From positions 76,076,001-76,140,000 of the forward strand of contig CM052816.1 of NCBI GenBank assembly GCA_028534125.1: a DNA stretch of 64,000 bases, written 5' to 3'. The notes beneath the pieces are model-generated. The model did not search any database, was not told the origin of the DNA, and saw nothing but the letters and a program-made list of their open reading frames with translations. A program made the translations under genes and the position numbers. Within the stretch, counting starts at the first letter, position 1. Every line of letters starts with the position of its first letter. Positions 1 to 12,121 of this stretch are shown here, in pieces. This DNA comes from Lama glama (lineage: Eukaryota).

Positions 1-54
1 TCTAGAGAACTCTCCTAACCCTCTTCAGTTGCTGCATGTCATGGGCACAGAGTT

Positions 55-887
55 GAGAGCTCAGTGCCATCATAGGGTGGAAATGGGCTTCTTGTGTTGA
101 AAAATAGCTGCTCTGAGACATCTGTGCACATCCTAGAGGAAGACCAGGGAGTTATTAATGATCTCCTGAGAGACCACACTCTGGGGAGTAAGCTGACACA
201 GCTGAAGATTGTTCAGTGCCTTCAACTGGATCAACCCAGGCTTGGCAAAGTCATGCAGTGCATCAGGCAGGGAAACCCCAAGGGCCAGGTGGTGCTCCCA
301 ATCACCAGGTGACCCTGGTGTACCTGGCAATGTGTGGATACCCATTGTGGAGCCAGGCCTACCTCAGGAACTTGGTTTCCTATTTGAAACAGAAGCAGGC
401 TATAGGGGTGATCGTCCTGCCGGTGGGTGGGTCCAAGGCAGGGGAACAAATCACAAGCATACTGTATGCATCCCTGTCCTACTACTTTTCATAGTGGTAC
501 CTCCAGTCAGTGCTAAGGAGACCAGGGAAACTAAAGGAAGAACATAGAGTGATGGTTATCATCAGAGACACTGGCTGTCTTCTATAACTCTGTTTTTTTT
601 GTGTTTTTTTTTTTGCAGTTATTTTAAAATCTCATCTCCTCCCTCCCATATATTTTGGCTTTAATTCTCTCCTGGGTTATTTTAGTTCATTTGGTGAGGA
701 ACCAGAGGTCCTGTCTACCACCAAAGCCAAGTTTTTAGGTTTTGCTTTGTTTTTACAGTAATGAGAAGGGACTCTTGTTATGTTGATGTCTAGTGTACAA
801 GATACTGTCTGCTGTGTTATGTGTTTTTTAATTTTTTGACTAACTGTATGGAGAGTTGTCAGAAAGGCCTCTGTTGAAGGACAGATT

Positions 888-890
<3 letters not shown>
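55..890 (+). pseudogene. RBM15B: RBM15B retrocopy/pseudogene: SPOC domain, C-terminus and probable proximal 3'UTR
   Basis: Translates across frameshifts as GLLVLKNSCSETSVHILEEDQGVINDLLRDHTLGSKLTQLKIVQCLQLDQPRL...LRNLVSYLKQKQAIGVIVLPVGGSK...FS*WYLQSVLRRPGKLKEEHRVMVIIRDTG. This matches the RBM15B SPOC C-terminus. There is an in-frame TAG at 492-494 and there are frameshifts near 305-360. Sequence at 590-890 resembles the RBM15B 3'UTR as I recall it. Confidence 0.92.
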
Positions 891-923
<33 letters not shown>

Positions 924-958
924 TCACTCACTCACTCACTCACTCACTCACACACACA
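891..958. repeat. compound microsatellite (CA)n(CACT)n(CA)n
   Basis: Directly visible. Confidence 0.97.
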
Positions 959-2308
959 GGGCCATGGTAGTGGCATGAGTGATCCCATAGCCAAAGTTCA
1001 GAGTTACCTGCTGGATCTCAGGGCTGTGAGGAATGAGGAAGAGATCTATATGGGTCTGAAAATCTTAGAGCTGAGTCAGAAAGAGGGGGAATTGCAGTTG
1101 CTCCTGGGGAGCAATTTCTAGGCAAAAAGTAGACCATGAATAGCCAGGTGCTGACTTTAGCATTGTCTATTGACTAGGAGAACAAGGGGCATCCTTTGGG
1201 TACCAATGGGCCCTAGAGCATCCCTGGGGACTCACACAGTAAAGAAGTGTAAGCCACATACTTCTTTTACTAACATCCACTCACTATTTTAGGGAAAGAT
1301 GTGTAAATGATTGGATCTAACTAAGCATTAAGTTAAATTAGACATTCTGTCTCTTTTTTCTGTTAACCAAGGTATGAGGCTCAAGAGAAAGGCGTCATTT
1401 AAAGAAAAATTAAGAAATTAAATTTTCTATGTTTATCTAAGTGGTATCATGACTTAAATTTTGTGAACTTGCTACATGCCTGGAAGAAAAAAAATTGTTT
1501 TAGAAAATATGCTTTAGTTATAGGAGATATATTTGCAAGAGTATGTATAGAAAAGTTCCATAAACTAGGCCTCCATAAACTTAGAACAAGTACTTTTTCT
1601 TCTTAAGGCCTTATACTCATTGTTCTTCCTCTCAGTGCTTTATGCTATTTTCTTTGTGATGTTTATTATTAGATTTTGCTTCTTCAGTGAAGATATCAGA
1701 GAGCCTAAGTCTTTTCTAGAAACCAGCATTTTACGCTTGTCTTCTTGCTTCCCATTCTACTGGATTTTGCCAGAACTCCCTGGTTGCCTAGTGTAAGAAA
1801 ATATCATAATTATCAATATTTGGTCCTGGCCTACATGCTAATCAGATTATTATTGCTGAGAATTCAAAGGAGGAGAACAGAAATCTACTAAGAAGGAATA
1901 AATTGGTCCTCAGATTATAGTTCCAGGAAGCTGCACAGGAACAAAAGTTTGCCTGATGATGAAATAAGAGATCATGTAAGATGTAGATTTATATGGAGAG
2001 TGTAGCTCCGTGAGTTTAACTAGTCTAGACTCTAAGCTTCTGGAAGACAGAGAGCATGCTTTTAGCGCTGTCTTCAGCACCTTGTCTATAGCAGGCTCTC
2101 ACAAAGAGCCTGTATCAAAGATAAGTAATTTCTGAAATGAATTATATTTTTTTCCACTCTCTGTCCTCTCTGAATTCATTTACTGCTTCCCGGAATATGT
2201 TTCCTAAGTAGAATGTGAGATGCACTGGATATGCCCAAGTGAGATGTTGTAACTCTGGAGATAAATTCCTAATCTACCATCCATCATTCAGAGGATTTTA
2301 AAGCCATT

Positions 2309-2530
2309 AGACTGGGATTTTAAAATTGTAGAATAGATAAACAAGATTACACTGTATAGCACAGGGAAATATACACAAAATGTTATGATAACTCACAGAG
2401 AAAAAAATGTGACAATGAGTGTGTATATGTCCATGAATGACTGAAAAATTGTGCTGAACACTGGAATTTGACACAACATTGTAAAATGATTATAAACCAA
2501 TAAAAAATGTTAAAAAAAGACATAAAAAAA
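2309..2530 (+). mobile_element. young L1 3' end (5'-truncated), camelid-like
   Basis: L1 3'UTR motifs (ctgtatagcacaggg, gacacaacattgtaaa), AATAAA plus A-tail, and a perfect 10-bp TSD TAAAGCCATT at 2299-2308 and 2531-2540. Confidence 0.93.
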
Positions 2531-2886
2531 TAAAGCCATTGGTCACAGTGTAATAGATATGCTTGCTGAACGCTGAAGTAAGGTATTTGACACTCATATT
2601 CTGAGCTATATATGCGACTCTAATGAATAAAACTGATTCCAGCAATAAAACTACTTGTGACTGAGGTAAATGAGAACCCAGAGAAATAATAGTTGTAACT
2701 TCCAAATCAGAGCCACTACTTCTGGCCATGGTGACTTCAAAATATATTCTAGAGCAACTGTGACTCTTGGAATAACTCCATAAAATGCAGTACAGCTCAG
2801 AAAGGAGATTCTTTTCCACTGGACATAATTAATAACTTTTGACTGATGACATTGTTTTGACATTCATATCAATGATTAATTCTTTT

Positions 2887-4187
2887 TTAAAGTAATTCCC
2901 ACATTTAAAAAATTAAAATATGGTCAGTTTACAATGTGTCAATTTCTAGTGTACAGCATAATAGTTCAGTCATATATATACATACACATATTCATTTTCA
3001 TATTTTTTCAATTATAGTTACTACAAGATGTTGAATATACTTCTCTGTACTATACATATCAACTTCTTGTTTATATATTTTATGTATAGTAGTATCTGAA
3101 AATCTCAAGCTCCCAGTTTATCCCTTCCTACCCCCTTCTCCTCAGTAACTATAAATTTGTTTTCTATGTCTGTGAGTCTGTTTCTGTTTTATAAATAAGT
3201 TTGTCTTTTTTTTTTTTAGGTTCCGCATATGAATGATATCATATGGTATTTTTCTTTCTCCTTCTGGCTTACTTCACTTAGAACGACAATCTCCAGGTCC
3301 ACCCATGTTGCTGCAAATGGCATTATTTTATTATTTTTTATGGCTGAGTAGTATTCCATTTTATAAATATACCACAGCTTCTTTATCCAGTCATCTGTCG
3401 ATGGACATTTGGGTTGTTCCACGTCTTGGCTATTGTAAATAGTGCTGCTGTGAACACTGGGGTGCGTGTATCTTTTGAATTAAAGTTCCCTCTTAATATA
3501 TGCCCAGGAGTGGGATTGCTAGATCATATGGTAAGTGTATTTTTAGTTTTTTGAGGAATCTCTATACTATTTTTCATAATGGCTACACCAAATTACATTC
3601 CTACTAACAGTGTAGGAGGGTTCCCTTTTTTCCACACCATCTTCAGCATTTATCATTTGTGGACTTTTGAATGACAGCCATTCTGACTGGTGTGAGATGA
3701 TACCTCGTTGTAGTTTTGATTTGCATTTCTCTGATAGTGATACTGTACTTTTTTTTTTTAATGTGCCTTTTGGCCATTTGTATGTCTTTATTGGAGAATT
3801 GCTTGTTTAGGTCTTCTGCCCATTTTTGGATTGGGTTTTTTTGTTTGTTTTTTATTATTAAGTTGTATGAGCTGTTTATATATTCTGGAAATTAAGCCTT
3901 TGTCAGTCTCATCTTTTGTAAATATTTTCTCACATTCCATAGATTGTCTTTTTGTTTTGCTTATGGTTTCCTTTGCTGTGCAAAAGCTTATAAGTTTAAT
4001 TAGATCCTATTTGTTAATTTTTGGTTTTATTTCTATTGTCTGGGTAGTCTGCCCTAGGAGAACATTTGCTAAGATTTATGTCAGAAAATGTTTTACCTAC
4101 GTTTTCTTTTAAGAGGTTTATAGTGTCTTGTCTTATGTTTAAGTCTTTGATCTATTTTGAGTTTATTTTGTGTATGGTGTGAGGGAG
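2887..4187 (-). mobile_element. L1 3' fragment (ORF2 C-terminus plus 3'UTR)
   Basis: The minus-strand ORF QPKCPSTDDWIKKLWYIYKMEYYSAIK is the L1 ORF2p C-terminus. TSD AATGAT(T/A)AATTCTTTT at 2871-2886 and 4188-4203. Confidence 0.95.
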
Positions 4188-5689
4188 AATGATAAATTCT
4201 TTTAAGTTAGTACAGTGAATATTGACAGAGCGTGATCTTTATGTTCTATGCCATACAGGCTGTGTTTGTTGATGTGGTCTCTCTAATGATCCTGGAAGTT
4301 TCCATGAATAGGTGCAAATTTATTATCTCATTGCTTACATTCTTCCTGGAATTTGCTTACACAAAGATACAAATTCCAGAAATAGCAAGGCAAAAGAACA
4401 GTCCATAGAAGTCCTGTCTAGCAACTCTAAATTTTGAGCCATAATTGAATCAGACTAATAAAGAACCATAGTTCTCTGAATTATTCATGGGAAATAGATG
4501 GCCAGGCACGCTTTGGAACTTTGATTCAGCACTTTCAATCTGGTAAGATAATTGGAACCACTCTGGTTTTGCTTTTGTCATACCTACTATTTGTAAAATT
4601 GTAAGAACTGTTATTTGTAGAAAATGCCATAACATAACCCAAGGGCCATTTTAAAATCTAATTAAAAGTGTATTCTATTTCTGAGATGTGATTATTTTGT
4701 TTATCTTCTGGAAGCAAGCACTGTGAAGAATCATGGGATTTGTGTGTGTGTGTTCTTGATTGCCAGATAATCCTCGTTATACTGTGGTTACAACAGGGCA
4801 TGGTCACTTGGTAGAGTAGTAGCCCTTGAAATGAATTTCTCATGAAATCTTTTTGAACAGTCATTTATTTTCTTGAACTAAAAGTAAACAATACCATGAT
4901 CAAAATTTGCAACTTCTAGTTTTCCACCGAATCTGGAAATGTCGGAGATAATCGAAAGTAGTTTGGAATGAAAATATGATACATTAAATTGGATATGAAA
5001 CATGTCAGCCTGCTGCTGCTTTTTTGTCATTATTTCAGTCATAAGAAAATAACATATACTCAGAGTCATTTTGTTTCCTGCAGCAAATTCTTTGATTCAC
5101 AGTGTACTCTGGGGTTGATGCAGGGCTGTGCATTGCTTGTTGGAAAATTCTTTAAGCCATTTCCCTCTTCAGTCAATGTGTTGTTTCATTATAGTCTTTT
5201 TAGATCAACTAAGGACTGAGGAAGCTATTCTCTGATATAATAATGAGAAAAGAACATTGACTTCCTGGTTTCTAAATGGTAAGAATGTTGTTAAGTCAAA
5301 GTACGTAATTTCTGGAGAACTCAATAAGTGCTGTGACTTTTCATGGTGATGTTGCCTCCCAGACATTTTAAGGTCTAAATGCTAAAGAATAGATTTATTT
5401 TAAAACAATCAATGAATAGGAAAGAATCAGATCTCTTGTCTTTCATGCCAAATTTCCTGGCCTTTTTTCTGATTCTCTGATTAACCCATTGTAGATTTTT
5501 TTCTTTCCCTCTAAATCTTTTGATGTTCTTTCAATCTCTCTTTTGGCTTTTTTTTTTTTCACTCTGTATTCTCTCTCTGGGCAATCTCAACCACTCTTAT
5601 TACTTCACCATCCTGAGTAATTTGAAAACTATGGCTAGTCCCCAAATTTCCTTGTGGTCCAGACCTCCAAAATAACAACAAAGATGGTG

Positions 5690-5930
5690 ATACTCAATGT
5701 GTCCCTGCTATGTGCAAGGTACTGGGTTAACAAGTTCACATGCATGATTTCATTTAAGTCTTACAACCCACCACCAGCAGGGTAGATGCTATCACCATCT
5801 CCATTTTACAGGGGAGGAAACTACAGTTTAGCCATATAACACAATTTGCCTGTGGTTACACAAGTTGTAAATGACTTAGCTGGGTTTTAAACCCTGACAG
5901 TTTGATCCTAAAGTGAGTGCTTTTCAACCA
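5690..5930 (-). mobile_element. MIR SINE
   Basis: MIR core ccattttacaggggaggaaact with upstream atttcatttaagtcttacaacc. Confidence 0.75.
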
Positions 5931-6024
5931 CAGAGACCTGCCTTTTAACCACATGCTGAGCGTCTTCCCTTGAATCTCACAGACCTCTCAAAGCTAATAT
6001 ACAAATCTGTTTCCCTTTTGGCAA

Positions 6025-6725
6025 TTAATTCATGTGTTCAACCAATAAGGAATTTATCAAGCATCACTGAGAGCCAGACCGCTGCCTGTGCACTAAAGAT
6101 CAAATGTTGAACTGAACAGTCATGATCCCTGTATTTATAGAGTTTGTTATTTACAGGGGGGATATTCTCATTAATCACATTATTATGCAAGTAGAGAATT
6201 AATTCCAATCTGGGATAAATACTAAGAGGGGCAAGTGCAGTATACTGTGAAAGCATCTAACAGGAGAGATGCCTTCTATGAGGGGCAGAGAGAGGGCAAG
6301 AAAGGTTTCCCTGACAGACTGCTAACAAGCTGGGATCAGAAGAATGAATAGTGGTTCACTAGGCAGAGAATGACTTCCAGGCAGAAATTACAACATCTGC
6401 AAAGGCTCTGAGGTGAGGTGATGGGGGGAACCTAACATAGCAGAGAGACTGCAAAGAAGATTGGCATATCCGAGGGAGTGATAGAAGTTGCAGGTGTAGG
6501 CTAGGCAAGTAAGGACATGACCACGTAGGGTCTTCTAAGATGTACTGAGAATTTTCCTCTCTTATGACCAATGAAAAAGCTGTTAATCACTGTAGTGAAA
6601 TAATAAAATTTATGCTCAAAAACTACTCTGGCTACTTTTTGAAGACTGAATTGGAGGGGGAGAGAGTAGATTCAGGGAAACCAACGGAGAGGAGATTTCG
6701 GTGGTCTAGGTGAGAGATGATGCTA
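6025..6725 (-). mobile_element. L2 LINE 3' remnant
   Basis: Degenerate antisense L2 motifs (ttcaacc..atttatcaagcatc, ttccaggcag...caaaggctctgag, actactctggct). Confidence 0.65.
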
Positions 6726-7261
6726 CTATCTCTCATTACTCTTTTTTAGAGAAGGCAGTAGTCTTGGAGACACCCAGATCTACTTTACCATTCAAATCAG
6801 AAATCTTCATGTCATCTCAACTTCATTCTTTTTTCCTGCTTCTCTTATCTGACTATTCTCCTGTTAAAGATATTCTTAAATATGCAGTACGTGAATAATA
6901 TTGACTTGGGTGATTCTATTGTCTGGGACACTATTTGTAAGAGAGATATATTACAGCAATATTAATCCTTTGAAATGAGACTGTTGTAATAGGAAAAAGA
7001 AAAACTGGTTCATTAACCATCTTTTTCAGTTCTAATGAAAATCGAGGGTTGGTCCTCATGCAAAATTACAATATGCAACTCACAGGACAGTCTCTCAATT
7101 TCAGACTATCTCATTAACCACCTTTGATAATGAGAGAAAATATCTTTATTCCTGATGGATGATCAGAGGGATGATATCAGCCCATATCCTGAATATTTCA
7201 CGTGTGGGACTTTTATAATTCATTTCTCTAAGGGAAAGTCTTGCAGTTACTCTTACTGTAT

Positions 7262-7415
7262 CTTTTTAATTGAGGTATAGTTGACATATAACATTATATT
7301 ATTTTCATGTGTAGAACATAGTGATTGGACATCGTGTGTATACATTGTGAAATGGTCACCACAGTTCTCGTTGATATCAGTCACTATACATAGTTAAAAA
7401 TTTTGTTTCTTGTAT
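7262..7415 (-). mobile_element. older L1 (L1MA-like) 3' end
   Basis: tttttaattgaggtatagttgacatataacatt...tacattgtgaaatggtcaccaca. Confidence 0.8.
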
Positions 7416-8367
7416 TATTGAATCTTAATCTGTTTCCACTCAGCTACTAACTGAAAGGTGAAGAGGATGGTCCCTTTTTTAGATTGGAAGGACCCTTAGA
7501 GACTACCTAAAATTTTAATCCTCTCCCTTTACAGGTGAAGCTGAATTGCCTAAGGTCACTCGGTTGGAGGCATATCAGGAACTTGTACGATTTCTCAGTC
7601 CAGAAACATTCTCACCTTGCTACACTGGTCCGGGATTATCCCTTCAACATCAAAGGGGAAACAACCAGACTCTGACTTAAGATAGCTAGATTGGCTTTAT
7701 TATTAAAGGTTTCAAGCTATAAGGTTAAGTGGGGGTTCACATAAATAATGTGATTAAGACTTCTTGTGATCATGTGTTTCATAATTGGGATTTGAACATA
7801 GTTCACAGCAGCTAAAGAGACCTTGTTCTTTGTAAACACTATGTAACAGCTGCACAGTATCATCCTGGCTCTTGAAAGTTTATGAAGTAAAGCAAACTGC
7901 TGAAATAGCATTAACTTTATTTAGTTTATGAGAATTATTTTTGACTAATTGTATATTTTGACCAAGATTAGTAACATTTCCTAGTTTAGATTTCTGAGCT
8001 GAGTCTGCTATTTTTAAACCACTGTTATAAATGGTGGTGCCCAGTCTTCTCTGTGGCCCTCTCTGTGGGATTATGGAGAACTATCTGATATGTCCAGCTT
8101 AATTCAGTGTACTCCTGCAGTCTTCTTCAAAGATGCACCAGAAACCATGAAGAAGGCATTAAAACATGCTTTCAGATGCCTGATAGTTCTTTGCAGCTCA
8201 GTAGACGTCATGAAATAGTCCACAAAATAGGTACTTCAGAAACTTTAGCACGTTCAGTTTTATCATGTGAATACCATGGCCAGAGCTAGCAGCATTCCCA
8301 TAGTGTCATGCTCTGATGAACTTGAAAAGGGCTGTCTCTTACCACATTTAAATAAGTACTGTCAGAT

Positions 8368-8787
8368 TGTAGTGGATGTTGTCCTGCATGGCCCCAATCC
8401 CCCTTTCATGAAGAGCTTGTTGGGAGTGCTGTCAGCAGACATCCTTCAGTGTCAGCCATCCAGAGATTACCTCAGTTATAAATAGCTGTCTTGTCCAAGG
8501 TCAGACCCTTTCACAGATAACCCATGTCCAATGTCTGCTGGAGCATTAAAGTCTGATTATCTTTATCGAATTCAGAACAACTCTGAAGGTCCGTTCTATC
8601 TCCAGAGTTCCTTATGGCATTGGCCAAGCCTTTTTCAGGCTGTCCCTGTAGTTCAACTTTGTTTTGTCCATTTTTGCTACCACTTCCTCCCTTCCCCAAA
8701 TAGTGATTCCCAAGGGCACTCCTAAATAAACATCTTGCATGCAAAACTTTATCTCAGTCTGCTTTCCAGGAAACTCAACCTGGAATT
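8368..8787 (+). mobile_element. ERVL solo LTR, LTR16-like
   Basis: Starts tgtagtgg. The 3' end aataaacatcttgcatgcaaaactttatctcagtctgctttccaggaaactcaacctg matches the LTR16 terminus as recalled. Confidence 0.75.
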
Positions 8788-9205
8788 TAAATATCTGCCT
8801 TTTTCCTATTAGCTGAAATGTATTGTTCAATATCATCATCCATTTTTGGGCAATACTGTACATTGAAAAATATGTTTAAAAAGTCAACCTCTTTTTTTTT
8901 AGGAGAATGGAAAGTAGTACAGAAGCAGGAAGAATGATACCTCTATATTTTATAAAGCAGGTATCCCCACTACACTAGTTGGGGGAGAGGGTGTCTTGAC
9001 CGGGCTGAAGCTGGTTACAGGCTCACTTGAGGGGCAACGGACTCTAAATATGTATGAATGGAAGTAATTTCTGCAATTTTGTTCCAGTTTGTTATTAGGG
9101 AAGTAGGTGGTACAAGTGTGAAGTTGATCTGTGGCCAGGTTTTCTGGCCCTGTCACTTGGATGTTTTGATTAGTGGCTCTAGATAGAGGGTTAAAATTGC
9201 ACTTC

Positions 9206-9570
9206 TTTCTTTGACTGACCTACTTCATTTAGTATGATAATCTCTAGGTCCATCAATGTTGCTGCAAATGACATTGGATAGTTGATTAAAAACAATCCCT
9301 CTATTTCATTCTTCTTTAGGCTGAGTAGTATTCCATTGTGTGTGTGTATATATATATATGTATCACATATTCTTCATCCAGTCATCTGTTGATGGACATT
9401 TAGGTATCTTCCACGTCTTGGCTATTGTAAATAGTGCCTCGGTGACCACTGGGGTGCATGTATCTTTTCGAATTAGAGTTTTCTCCAGATATATGTCCAG
9501 GTGACTGAATTACTATGCTGTATATCCACAACTAACACAACATTATAAATAAACTATATTTCAAAAAAAG
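9206..9570. mobile_element. L1 3' fragment with 5' inversion (twin priming)
   Basis: 9206-~9501 is antisense L1 and ~9502-9570 is the sense L1 3' end with A-tail. TSD TTGCACTTC at 9197-9205 and 9571-9579. Confidence 0.88.
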
Positions 9571-11797
9571 TTGCACTTCCTAAGCTTCCATTTCTCTTGC
9601 CCATTTATTGTTCTTAGCAAATGGGAATATGTATCACAGGTACTTTTGTTGGCATATAGTGCTAGGAGTTTAGGAAAGGCTAGAAGTGAGGAAGAGGCAG
9701 AAATTTCCGAAGGATACAGGATACTTTGGAAAGTCTTTTTACTTGGAATTAGACCCCCATGAAAGCATTGTTCACCATGGGTAGGGAATAAAAATTTGAT
9801 GAATTAAAATCCTTTTGTGAGATATTTTGGATCTGAGAAGGCACTAACTAACCCTCAACTATGCAACATAGTTCTCTGGGTATGTCACTTTTAGAACGAA
9901 GTGAAAAATAGTAGCAAAACCAACTATTAAGAAATTTGTTCAATTAAAAAAATACCAATTTCTCATTTTATCTTGAAGCTTGTCTATTTTCACTGCTATG
10001 GCTTTGAAGAATTTGCATCTACATGGTTAATACTGTAAAATGTACTGAGTTTATAGCTCTTCCCTGACTCCTGGGAGATAAAATCTCTTTATTTGAAATG
10101 ATAGTCCTGACTCAGGTAAAAGCTTCACATAGTAAAGACTGATTCAATTATGTTTACAAGAGGGAGAGATCAACTTATTATAAACATGAATGGATGGCAC
10201 AAAGTAGTTTCTGATTTATTCTCTTATTAACTAGAAAATTCGATTAACAAGAAAAGTCTGCACACCGAGGGGTCTTGTTAAAGATTCGTGAACCAGATCT
10301 ATTAAAGGACAAAATGGTCTTTGAAAGAACTCTTCCCTTAGGAGCAACTTTGCATCTAATAGAAAGTGCTGGAGAAATACCCATTTTAAGGGAATAAATC
10401 TTTCTTCTTTGGATGAATGAGACCTAAAGACAGGTTGAAAATAAAAATGGTAAAATATCACCTAGAAGCAGAGAAAGTGGGATAAGGAAACATAGATAAG
10501 TACTTTATTTATGAAATTTACTTTTGAAAATTATGAGTGAAGCATGAGGAAAGGCGTTCACCCTTGGAACTAAGTGGCTTAACATTTAGTATTGGTAACT
10601 GTGGAACAGAGAAACCTCAAGTGTATTTTCATTACAATTACATATATAGAATAGATAATATAAATAACAGTAGTCACCACAGTTATTTATTCAGCACACA
10701 GTTTGATTTTTATGGTTTTATGTTTTGCTTTTTATAATTGGATGATTTAAAAATGTATGTATAAATATTATTTAATTCTATAATTTCCCATAATTTTAGA
10801 ATTATTCTTCTCATTTTCCACATGAGAAAAGTAGAGGACCAAAAAGCTAACATTTGCCCCAAGTCCCATTTTTTAACTTGGTAAAAGAGTTGTGGAATTT
10901 AAACCTTCTAACCCCAAAGCCTTTTCCAGCCACCATGCTTATAGTTGTTAAACATTCTGTAATTTTTAGCAAACCTGCAGAGCAGACAGCCAAGGTACAT
11001 TGCTATTGTTCTTTTCCTTCTGCAGATGTGGGATTGAAGGAGATGAATTCCTGGAATTGCTTCAGCTCACAAAGCAGGTCAGCAGAACACCTGGAATTGG
11101 AACAAACTGTCCTTGCCTTTTCACTTTCTCCTTTTGGAAAGGAAGTTGATTTCTTACACATTTCAGAGCTCAGTCTGACTGAGCATGCCAAGGGTGGTAA
11201 ATCTCCCTGCCTCTCCCAGGTGTGAAGTATATTGACAGCTACTAAATGTTAATATTCTTTCTGAGACTTTGCTTCATGCTCTGTGATTTTTTAGCCTCAG
11301 GCAGTTCACATCTTGTTTTACTTTCTTGAGTTTATCTTAGCACGGTCACACCAATTAAACTCTTAAATAACAGGGAACTCAAGGAAATGGCAATACAGAT
11401 TAAAGGTATTTCCCAAAATCTCACGAGCCAGTGGGCAAGAGGCTCTGAATCCATTAGTTACGGTATCTAGGAAGTGAATATCCCATGGAAGTAATTTTGG
11501 CTTCCATGTTTATGAGAACCATTTGCTGTGACTTCTTTAGCAGTCATTGTGCTGGAACACTCTGTGAGACAATGCATTTTGTTCTTCAAACACTGATACC
11601 TGGTAACTAAATAATCTAAACCTGCACTGATAATTCCCAACCAAACTAGCTCTCATAAACCTGGTAATCATATAGCACTGTTTTCTGAGTCAGGGGACTA
11701 AAAACTTAACATCTTTTAATTCTCCTTATCTTGCTTCCTCCTTAGGTAACCAAATACTGTGTTTTGTTGTTTCTGCCTTTCAGTCTTCCTCTAATGC

Positions 11798-12121
11798 TGT
11801 ATTTCCCTAATTGAGTGCATGGAATACTAGTATGCTGTTAGATTTGACAGGCTTTCTGTGTGATCAAGTGAGTTCAGAAAACGATGTATTAAAAAAAGTT
11901 GACATGTTTCTTTAAGGCAAGGCTTCTTAGGTCTTTAGTATATTTGTGTGCATTTCAGATGTTCAAAGTGGAATGTAACATATGACATTTCTAAAGTTTA
12001 GTTGATTAAAAACAATCCCTCTAGTTCACCAATTATATGAATATTAGTAACATTGATACTAATGAATATTCAAAGGTGTTCATTAGTAAATACCAGTATT
12101 CTAGTTCGGAAAAAAATACTG
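11798..12121. mobile_element. ancient hAT-Charlie-type non-autonomous DNA transposon (MER112-like)
   Basis: TIR-like ends c.gtattt / aaatactg and degenerate internal motifs. Subfamily uncertain. Confidence 0.4.

Noticed and set aside
94..547. Overlapping ORFs as a functional SPOC protein gene
   Set aside because: The homology is split over several frames with an internal stop, so this is a pseudogene.
10854..11225. 123-aa ORF and a possible 52-nt plus-strand exon (11026-11077, CGIEGDEFLELLQLTKQ)
   Set aside because: The ORF has a non-ATG start in a MIR-like remnant and no recognisable homolog. I found no partner exons.
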